DNA of 64,000 nt from an uncultured Acidimicrobiaceae bacterium. GTDB taxonomy: Bacteria; Actinomycetota; Acidimicrobiia; Acidimicrobiales; RAAP-2. The notes below the pieces were generated by a model, which saw only the letters and a list, made by a program, of their open reading frames with translations, searched no databases and was not told the origin of the DNA. The position numbers were made by a program, and so were the translations under genes. The stretch is taken from NCBI GenBank assembly GCA_963824445.1, contig CAWGPG010000003.1, positions 22,839-86,838 of the forward strand, read 5' to 3'. Every line of letters starts with the position of its first letter. Position 1 is the first letter of the stretch. Shown piece after piece: positions 8,636 through 17,400 of this stretch.

Positions 8636-11056
8636 ATGGTGGCGGCTGCGGCGCCTCGTGACTCACCGCTGGGATCGTCGACGGGCTCGGCGGCGCCACC
8701 CGCCTCGGAGGCTGCCGCCAGCGAGAGCAGAACGGCATCCCGCTCCGACGCAGACACCCCACGTGCACCTGGCCCACCGAAGAGCGGCAGGCTCGACGTA
8801 GAGCCTGCGGACGGAACCGAAGGCATCGGCCCACGCTCGCAGGACGCGTCGCTGACGCGGGAGATCAGCTCTGCGGACGCGGCGCATGAGGGCGCTCGAA
8901 CCCCAACGCCGGAGGGTCCCGAGTGTGCTGTGAGCCACCACCGCCGCCAACACCGCCGCCGGGCGCGCCGCCTGCTGGTCCCCTACGGCTGCGCGGCCGC
9001 GGTCTATCTGGTTGTCGGCGTCGTCTTGTGGTGGCACGCGTGGGCAGCCGGCGCCACCACGCACACCCTCTGCGGCTGCGGCGACCCCGCGCTGTTCCTG
9101 TGGTTCTTCCAATGGCCTGCCACGGCGCTCCAACACGGACAGAACCCGTTCTTCTCCACCGCGTTGTTCCATCCCACGGGGATCAACCTCTTGTCGCAAA
9201 CGTCCGTCCCAGCGATCACCATTCCCTTAGCTCCCGTGACCTGGATCTGGGGCCCCGTCGCCTCCCTCAACGTGGCATCCACGTTGACCCCCGCGCTCAG
9301 CGCCCTCGCCGCGTTCGCCGCCTTGCGTCGCTGGACGCAGTGGTGGCCGGCGGCCTTCCTGGGCGGGTTGCTCTACGGCTTCTCACCCTTCGTGATCGTC
9401 AACATGGAGTTCGCTCACCTGATGACAGCGGCATTGATGGTGATCCCCCTCGTTTTGATCACACTTGACGAGATCCTCGTGCGTCAGCGCTACAAGGCCT
9501 GGACCGGTGGGCTGGCGTTGGGCGTCCTCCTGTTCGTGCAGTTCTTCGTCTCCACGGAACTCCTCGTCATCGTCGTGATGGTGGCCGCGGTCAGCATCGT
9601 TGTGTTGGTGTTGGCCACCCTGTTGATCGATCCGGCCGAAGTGCGTCGTCGGACGCGTCATGCTGCGATCGGTTTGGCCGTCGGATGCGGAGTCGGCGTG
9701 GTGTTGTTGGCCTGGCCAACCTGGTTCGCCCTCGACGGTCCAGGGCACCTCTCGGGTCACATATGGCCAAGCACTCAAACCGTCGGTGGCTACCTGCCCT
9801 CGAACTTCGTCCAACCCGATTACATCCAGGGCATGGACGTGTACCAATACCTCACCGGGTACCTAGGCTCCCAGCTGGCATCCGGCGCGTATTTCGGCTG
9901 GGGCATGGTCGCCGTGCTGGCTGGAGGCTTGGTCGCGTTCCGCCGGGACGTCCGCCTCTGGTTCTTTGCGTTCGTGCTGGTGCTGTGCGGGTTCGCGTCC
10001 GTCGGCTCGCTCCATGGGCAGTTCGCGTTGGCGACGCTCCTGGCGAAGCTCCCGGTCGTCGAAAACGTGATCGTCCAGCGCTTCGTGGTCGTTGGTTTCT
10101 TGGCCGCGGCCGTGATGCTCGGCATCATCATCGACCGTGTCCACGCGTCAGGTTTTGTCGGGGCCGGGTCCTCGTTGGCCGCCGTGGAAGGCCAGGAGAC
10201 GACGGCCCATCCGGTAGCAGCCACGCCCCGGAGCGGCGGCTTTGCGTCGCTGCCGACACGTCGGAACGGCGCCACGCGGTCGGATGGCGGCATATCCCAT
10301 CACTTCGGGAATGGACGACGCGCCGCCGCACGCCGAGTGTTCGCGACGTTGGCCGCCGTCGCCACGGCGGCGGTCGCCCTCGTTCCGATCGCCGTGACCT
10401 TTGGGCCGAGGCTCCCTTTCACCATGGAACGGGTCATCCTTCCGCGCTGGTACACCGAAGTCGCCCCGCATCTACCCCCGGATCGCGTGCTGCTGTCGTA
10501 TCCCGCACCTTTCTCCGTGATCCAGACGAGCGAGGCTTGGCAGGCGGTCAATCGGATGCACTACAGCCAGGCAGGTGGCGGCGGTCCCCAGGGCGTGGCC
10601 TCGCGCGCCGGACCCGCTCGCGCCGGATTCGAGGTTCTCGCTCGCCTCGCGCTCAACGTCAATCTCCCTCTGCCCACGGCGACGCCGACCGAGCAGTTGT
10701 CGGTCCGTCGCGCCCTGGCGTATTGGCAGGTGACGACTGTGGTCATCCCCTCCAACTTCGCTGCCCCATTGACGCAGCAGGGCACCGATCCCGCGTATGC
10801 GGCTTCGTTCATGACGGCCGTTCTCGGGAGACTTCCAACGCTCGAAGCCGGTGCCTGGGTCTGGAACGATGTGGATTCCTACGTCCGCGGTACGACGCAA
10901 ACGGAACCTCAGATCGCCGCGGGTTGGGCCGTGCGTCCGACAGATGTCGCCCGCTGCGTCGCCATCGCCGAGGGTCGTGCGGGGCGGTTCGCCCGGCCAA
11001 GCATGCGCGGGCCTGAATGCATTGCCCATGCCGCTGTCTTGGCTCGGTCGCGGTGA
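8636..11056 (+). CDS. Large polytopic membrane protein, putative GT-C-type glycosyltransferase (family not recognised)
   Basis: 806-aa ORF. About 100 aa of disordered N-terminus is followed by more than 10 TM segments (..CGCGDPALFLWFFQWPATALQHGQNPFFSTALFHPTGINLL..) and a C-terminal soluble region. The start is uncertain (alternative GTG 8930). Confidence 0.5.
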   Translation: MVAAAAPRDSPLGSSTGSAAPPASEAAASESRTASRSDADTPRAPGPPKSGRLDVEPADGTEGIGPRSQDASLTREISSADAAHEGARTPTPEGPECAVSHHRRQHRRRARRLLVPYGCAAAVYLVVGVVLWWHAWAAGATTHTLCGCGDPALFLWFFQWPATALQHGQNPFFSTALFHPTGINLLSQTSVPAITIPLAPVTWIWGPVASLNVASTLTPALSALAAFAALRRWTQWWPAAFLGGLLYGFSPFVIVNMEFAHLMTAALMVIPLVLITLDEILVRQRYKAWTGGLALGVLLFVQFFVSTELLVIVVMVAAVSIVVLVLATLLIDPAEVRRRTRHAAIGLAVGCGVGVVLLAWPTWFALDGPGHLSGHIWPSTQTVGGYLPSNFVQPDYIQGMDVYQYLTGYLGSQLASGAYFGWGMVAVLAGGLVAFRRDVRLWFFAFVLVLCGFASVGSLHGQFALATLLAKLPVVENVIVQRFVVVGFLAAAVMLGIIIDRVHASGFVGAGSSLAAVEGQETTAHPVAATPRSGGFASLPTRRNGATRSDGGISHHFGNGRRAAARRVFATLAAVATAAVALVPIAVTFGPRLPFTMERVILPRWYTEVAPHLPPDRVLLSYPAPFSVIQTSEAWQAVNRMHYSQAGGGGPQGVASRAGPARAGFEVLARLALNVNLPLPTATPTEQLSVRRALAYWQVTTVVIPSNFAAPLTQQGTDPAYAASFMTAVLGRLPTLEAGAWVWNDVDSYVRGTTQTEPQIAAGWAVRPTDVARCVAIAEGRAGRFARPSMRGPECIAHAAVLARSR

Positions 11057-11717
11057 TGCACCCGATCCGATCGCAGTTCATCGGGCTTCTGGCGTCCGAA
11101 CCGTGTGCGGTCGGTCCGCCGCCGGGTGTCTGGCTGCACCCGGTCTCGCTGCACGCATCCCGCTCACGCGCTCCTGCCGGGCACGGAGCCTGGCGCAAGA
11201 AACGAAACACCAGCCAGACTCTCATTGCATCGGGAGTGCACCTTGCCCGAGGAATGCGACTCTGCGAAAGCACAACCCGCCCGGTCCGGGCAATGTCGGT
11301 GTCGCTGAGATGTGGGTTCACCGGTCACGGCGCACCCGTGAGTGATCGACGCCCGACGTTCCGTTCGATTTGGTGCCAGAGTTGCCACCTTGCACGGTCT
11401 GCAGCCAACGCCGGTTCACACTTTGGTGCCTTCCTTGGGACATCGAATGCTCCCGACGGGCCCAGGGTGCCCACGACAGGCACCGCGTCCCTCGTCCGAC
11501 GCCGCCTTGGCGCCCAGCCTGACGTGACTTCCGGCGCTTGTCCCGACGGGAGTGGCTGCATCACAGCTGTCCGCTGGGGTCAACGTCCTGTCCCCGTTCG
11601 AAGCATGGCTCTCCTCGACGGCGTGGAGTCGGCGCAAGGACGAAGACGGTCGTGACCGAAGAACTCGAGTCAGAAGCGGGCCCCGCCGAGCTCCTGGTCG
11701 AAGGCGTGCCGGCGGCG

Positions 11718-13109
11718 ATGTCCCTCGCCCCGAACGCGGTGGGCCCGAACTTCGGCGCCGAGCTCCTCGTCGATCCCGCGTCGAAGCCCGGTGTCGAGTC
11801 CATGCGAGCGGGCATCCTCCAGGCCGGTCCGCTCGCAATCGCCGGCGTCGTTGCCAATGGCGCAAGCGTCGTGCTCACGATCGCATTGGCACGACTGCTG
11901 ACGCCGCACAGCTATGGCGTGCTCAATCAGCTGACTGGGCTGTTCTTGATCATCTCCATGCCCGGATCTGCGGTGGTTGTGGCCGTCGTGCGTCGCGTCA
12001 CGATCTGGCACGAGGACGGCAGCGGCCACCTGGTTCGCCGATGGGCGGGTCGCGTGCATCGCCAGTGCACCTTGTTGGTTCTCGTGTGGGCGGCGTTGGT
12101 CTTCACGACTCGCCATTCGATCGCGGTCTTGCTGAATCAGCAGAGTGGCATCGGCATCGCGGCAATCCTCACAGCCGCAGCGTTCTTCATGCTGCTCTCC
12201 CTCGATCGCGGTTTGTTACAGGCTCGGCGTGGCTACGGACCGCTCGCGGTGAACCTCGTCGTCGAGATCGGCGTGCGGCTGGTCGCTGTCCTCCTCCTCG
12301 TGCTCGCCGGATTCGGCCCGTCAGGCGCAGCGGTCGGGGTCCTGATCGGCGAAGTGGTTGCTGCCGTCCATGCCCGGTATGCAGCTGTTCGAGCGTGGGC
12401 GGGCGGTGGCGTGTCCCGTCCCTGGGCGACAGCAGGTTGGAAGGCGGCGATCCGTCCAGACCCGGTTCTCCTGGTAGCCACGTCCCAGCGACGTGCGGTT
12501 GCGATAGATCTCATCGTCGCATGGGTGTCCCTCTCCATGGTGGCCGTACTCCAGAACGTCGACGTCCTGGTCGTTGGACGCGACAATCCAAGCCACAGTG
12601 GGGCATACGCGGCCGTGTCCGTGACCAGTAAGGCCATCGTCTTCGGCGCCATCGTGCTGGGCGGTTACCTGCTACCCGAGGCGGCGATCCGCTGGCGGGA
12701 AGGTGGCCACGCGCTTCGACAGCTCGCGGTCGTGCTGGTCCTGCTCGCCATCCCGTCCGTCCTCCTCTTCGGCGTGGCCGTGCTTGCACCCGAGAAGTTG
12801 CTCTCGATCGTCTACCACCATGAGTACACCTCGGCGGCATCTGCGCTTGCGCCTCTTGTGCTGGCGATGATCGTTCTCAGTGTCACCGTCGTGCTGACGA
12901 TGTACCTGCTTGCGGTCGGCCGGCGATGGGTCGCCGTTGTCCTGGTTGCAGGAGCCATGGTCCTCACACTCGCAGTCCTCGGAACACACGGTGCACCTCG
13001 GTCGACTGCGCTGGTGGATCTTGGAGTGCAGACCTCGGTTCTTGCGGTGATCGTCGTAGGTTTTGCGTTCGTTCACCGCTTTCGAATGGGCCGCGAGCTT
13101 CGGAGCTAA
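11718..13109 (+). CDS. Oligosaccharide/polysaccharide flippase (MOP superfamily, Wzx-like)
   Basis: ORF 11538..13109. It has about 12-14 TM segments and LARLLTPHSYGVLNQLTGLFLIISMPGSAV, typical of polysaccharide biosynthesis flippases. The start is uncertain (11652, 11718 or 11802). Confidence 0.7.
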   Translation: MSLAPNAVGPNFGAELLVDPASKPGVESMRAGILQAGPLAIAGVVANGASVVLTIALARLLTPHSYGVLNQLTGLFLIISMPGSAVVVAVVRRVTIWHEDGSGHLVRRWAGRVHRQCTLLVLVWAALVFTTRHSIAVLLNQQSGIGIAAILTAAAFFMLLSLDRGLLQARRGYGPLAVNLVVEIGVRLVAVLLLVLAGFGPSGAAVGVLIGEVVAAVHARYAAVRAWAGGGVSRPWATAGWKAAIRPDPVLLVATSQRRAVAIDLIVAWVSLSMVAVLQNVDVLVVGRDNPSHSGAYAAVSVTSKAIVFGAIVLGGYLLPEAAIRWREGGHALRQLAVVLVLLAIPSVLLFGVAVLAPEKLLSIVYHHEYTSAASALAPLVLAMIVLSVTVVLTMYLLAVGRRWVAVVLVAGAMVLTLAVLGTHGAPRSTALVDLGVQTSVLAVIVVGFAFVHRFRMGRELRS

Positions 13110-13186
13110 CGTGAACCGGATGGGTGACGAGCAGGGGAGGGTCGCGCCCGTGGGTGGTTCCATTCTTGAGCCGGACCTCGGCGGGG

Positions 13187-14422
13187 ATGACGGTGGCATC
13201 GAGACGCCCTGGTTCCCGACGGGTTCGCGCCTTCTCGGCTCACAACCCGCAAGCGAGCTGTCGAACGATCCGGCGGGCCTCGAAGACCTCGCCGCGCTCG
13301 GCGTCGCGCTCCGGAATTCGTCGCGTCCACTTCGTTGCTTGGCGCGACCTCGACGACCCCGAGGCGGGCGGCTCGGAGCTCCATGCTCACAAGGTTGCGT
13401 CTCTGTGGGCGGCCGCAGGTCTCGATGTCACGTTCCGGACCTCGGCCGTACCGGGAGGAGCGAGAGTGCTGACGAGGGACGGGTACCGGGTGGTCAGACA
13501 GGCCGGCCGCTATTCCGTCTTCCCTGGGGCGGCGTGGGAGGGCCTCAGGATGGGGCATCGCCCCGGGGACGCTCTGGTCGAGGTCTGGAACGGCATGCCG
13601 TTCCTCTCGCCGCTTTGGTATCGAGGACCCCGCATCGTCTTCCTCCATCACGTGCATGCGGAGATGTGGGGCATGGTCCTGCCTCCGAGCTTGGCCCGAT
13701 TGGGCGACGCCATCGAGCGTCGCGTTGCGCCACCGCTGTATCGGCGTAGCCGGATCGTCACGCTGTCAGAATCCTCGCGACGCGAGATCATCGACATGCT
13801 GGGCTTTCGCCCGGAGCAGATCAGCGTCGCTCCGCCTGGGATCGACGCTCGATTCCGTGCCGGAGGTCGCCGCTCGTCCACTCCATTGGTCGTGGCCGTG
13901 GGTCGGCTCGTACCAGTGAAGCGATTCGACGTTCTCATCCGTGTCTTGGCCAAGTTGAAGGTCGACCACCCGAGCCTCGAGGCGGTCATCATCGGTGAGG
14001 GCTACGAACGTCCCCAGCTCGAATTGTTACGTGAAGAGTTTGGGGCAACCGACTGGCTCAGCATGCCGGGCCGAGCGTCCGACGACGACCTCGTGTCCTG
14101 GTATCGCCGAGCGTGGGTCGTTGCGAGCAGCTCGCAGCGCGAGGGGTGGGGCATGACCCTCACAGAGGCTGCCGCATGTGGGACTCCTGCCGTCGCGACT
14201 GCGATCGCCGGGCACGCAGACGCCGTCGTCGATGGTGAATCGGGGATCCTCGTCGACGACGCCGGTGATCTACAGACGGCGCTGAACCGTCTGCTCAGCG
14301 ATGACGTGTTGAGGAACCGCCTGTCCAAGGGAGCACTGTCTCGGTCACGTTGGTTCACGTGGGAGGCCACCGCACGGCGGGCGCTGGAGGTTTTGGCGGC
14401 TCAAGCTGCCACAAGAGGCTGA
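13187..14422 (+). CDS. Glycosyltransferase family 4 (GT-B)
   Basis: ORF 13124..14422. Motifs: VHFVAWRDLDDPEAGGSELHA.. and the C-terminal EGWGMTLTEAAACGTPAVATAIAGHADAVVDGESGILV (E-x7-E region). The start is uncertain (13124 or 13187). Confidence 0.85.
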   Translation: MTVASRRPGSRRVRAFSAHNPQASCRTIRRASKTSPRSASRSGIRRVHFVAWRDLDDPEAGGSELHAHKVASLWAAAGLDVTFRTSAVPGGARVLTRDGYRVVRQAGRYSVFPGAAWEGLRMGHRPGDALVEVWNGMPFLSPLWYRGPRIVFLHHVHAEMWGMVLPPSLARLGDAIERRVAPPLYRRSRIVTLSESSRREIIDMLGFRPEQISVAPPGIDARFRAGGRRSSTPLVVAVGRLVPVKRFDVLIRVLAKLKVDHPSLEAVIIGEGYERPQLELLREEFGATDWLSMPGRASDDDLVSWYRRAWVVASSSQREGWGMTLTEAAACGTPAVATAIAGHADAVVDGESGILVDDAGDLQTALNRLLSDDVLRNRLSKGALSRSRWFTWEATARRALEVLAAQAATRG

Positions 14423-14470
14423 GCGAGCTCTCGAGCTCTCACGGCTGCGAAGCCGACCACAGCCGTCCGG

Positions 14471-17400
14471 CTATTTAGCCTGCTGCGTCGATGGCGACGG
14501 TGGCTGAGCGTCGTCTCCGCTCTCGTCCTCCCCGTTGGTTTCTTCTACGAGCGCATCGGGCTGTGGCTCCTCTCGGGCCTGGCCAACTCGCTCTGTTCCC
14601 TCGTCTCGCCCTTCCGCCTCGGGATCCTCTGCCGCGGGATCCTTTGCGGCGGGATCCACTTTCGTCGATTCGCGGTCCGTCGTTTGCCGGCCCGTCGTCT
14701 CCCGCTCCGTCGTACCTGGTTCGGGTGGAGCGGTGACCGGTTGGGCTGACTGCAGAGCCCGCGATCCAAGGGGTCGTGGAAGGCGCAACCGAAACGCCGA
14801 AATGGCGGCGTCGGCCAACAGCAGCACGACGCCGAGCCAGATGAGGTTTCCGGCCCTCGTGAAAGAGCTTGGCCAGTTCGAACCCGACAGGTAGCGGTGG
14901 ACCTCCTGGCCGTAGACCACGGACGCGCATCCGGCGGCGATCAACGCCACACCTCCTGCGGTGGCAAGGCCTCGGACCCAGGGCACGTACAGGCCGACCC
15001 CGACCACGCCGGCCACACCAAGCGCTGCCCAGAGCGGTACGACCATGGCAGCAATCGCACCGGTGACAAGGCCGACGGCGACAGCGCGCCCTACGGCGCC
15101 TGCGGTGCGACGGGGCTCGACTGCGCCATCAGACTTCTCGAGGTCTCCGGGTTCCGTTCTGTCGACAGTGGCCAGTCGGCTTCCGTCACCAGTGGTCGCA
15201 CCGTCGCTTCCCGTGATCGAGGTTGAAGACGAGGAAGACGTATACGGAGACGGTGAAGTGACCGAGAGGAGCGCGTTCGTGAGCGAAGTCTCGGCGACAG
15301 AAGCGTCCCCGACGGGTGCGTCCGGCATCTGATCGTCAGATGGCGGCGCCGAGGATCCGGAACCGCCGGATGCCTCGACATCCGACGGCGGGCCCCCAGC
15401 CGGCACGAACGGGATCGTCAGCGTCGGCGGGTCGAAAGGCGTCGACGGCCGCTCCGGTGCGTCCGGCCCTGCGGGACCGCGCAGACGTCGAGGAAGTCGT
15501 GCTCGAAGCCAACGGCGGGACCGGGTTGGCAGGAAGCCGATGACGAGACAGAGGGCGATCGTGGCACCCGAGATGGCCAGAGCGCCCCAGACGAGGTCCT
15601 GCGGCGTCCACGTCACCTCCACCGTGAAGCTCGAGCCACCCAGAGCGGCCAAGTCCCGCGTGGAGATCTGCCAGCCATTGGCGAAGCCGTCGACCAGCTC
15701 CGAGGTACCCAAGTCGACGGCATGGGCGCCCGCAGGCGCGTGCCGTCCGGGCTCCGCGGTCGCGTGCCAGCCCTTGTCGACGCTTTCCCCGAGCACGAGC
15801 TCGAAGGGCTCCTTGGCCCCGGTGACGGTGGCCGTCTTCGAATCGATGTGGCTCGCTGTCATCGTGACGGCCGGCGCCGCGCCGGGCTGGGTGGCGGGCA
15901 GTTGGGGCGTCCCGGCAGACGTGGGGGTGGGGGTTGCACCCGTTCCTCCGCCGGCGGCGGAATCCAGGACGAGCTGATCGAGGTTCCACCCGGTGCAGGT
16001 CGACGGCGTGGCGACGCAGTTCGCGGTGTGTCCGGTGGCGGTCTGCACGACGTGGGTGCCGGGCCCGAGGGTGATGCCGTGCGCGTCGGGCCCGCACGGG
16101 ACCACCTGGATCTGACCGCCGTTCAGCGCGCTCTGCGTCGAGCCGACGAGTGCGACGTCGATCGGGTGCCCGTCGATCGACAAGAGGTTCGACACGCAGG
16201 TGCCCGGCAGTTGGGCCGGCGTGGCCGGGCTCTGCACTCCAGGCATGCCGATCTCCGCCACGCCGAGCGGGAGCGCGAGTGGGCCGGCGGAGTAGTAGTT
16301 AGCGGCGTACTCGTCGCGCACCCCGGTGAAGGTGATGACGAACTGGGAGCCGACGAGGGCGGGGAAGGTCACGGGGACGTTGGTCACGGCTCCGGGGACC
16401 GTGCTGTCCGCGATCGGAGGGAGGGCGATCGTGCGGGTCTGGGAGGCCGACGTGCCGGCGCTGCTCCCGGTGCCGTTGGTGGCAGTGATGGTCATGGACG
16501 TCGGCACCGAGTGGCGGCCGTCCGCGATCACCTGCATGGAGAGGTGGTCGAGCGCGACGGGGTGGGACAGGTCGTACGTGAGGGTCGTGCCGAGCTGCGA
16601 GGACGAGCCGAGTCCCGGCTGCCAGGCGGTGGTGGGATTCCCGTCGAGAGTGGCCGAGGCAGTGGCATTGAGGTCGCCGGGGAGCCGCCCCGACGAGTAG
16701 GACGCCACATACCCGCCGTCGGATGTGGTCGGCGTGCGGCCGACGAGCCGGTCGATCTCGTCGTCGGGCAACAGGGCGGAGAGGCTGCCACTCCCCGTCA
16801 GCGTGAAGGAGCGGGTCGACGGCAAGCTGAACGATCGCGAGATCGTCGTCTCGGGGTCGTCGCGCGGCGGATACTGCGACGTCCGCTGGCGGGTCATGAC
16901 GATCGACAGCCGGTCCGCCGTCGACGCGGTGCCGAGGGTGGAGAGCATCTGGCTCGGCATCTGAATGACCTGGCGCACCGTCTGCCCCGGGACCTCGACC
17001 TCGGAGAAGCCGACCGCAGACGCGTTGAGCGGAGAGACGTGCGAATTGGTCGTGCCGTCGAGCGTGATCCGCACGGTGTGGAACGTGCGCGTCGGGAAAT
17101 GCAGGGTCTGTCCCGTCGTGGTGTGGGACGTCGGCGTCAGCGCGAAACGCTCTGGGTGCTTGCCGTCGAAGGTCAGCGTCACGGCCGAGACCCAACGGGA
17201 CCGGTCGCCGCGTTGCGGCTGCACCAGCGTGATGTGGTCAGCCGTGACGGTGTGGCCGAACTGAGCCTGCCACCATTGGCCGGACGGGTCGGGCAGGAAC
17301 GTCCCGGTGATCCAGGCGGTGTCGAAGTTGCCGTCGATGGCGCTGTAGGCGTGGTCCTCGGGCGTATAGGAGACCGAGTTGCCGTAGCTGCTGGCGGTGA

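Noticed and set aside
6444-8834. 796-aa minus-strand ORF
   Set aside because: It is antisense to the well-supported FAD oxidoreductase (7131..8615). Its composition is Arg/Gly/Val-rich junk, typical of high-GC antisense frames.
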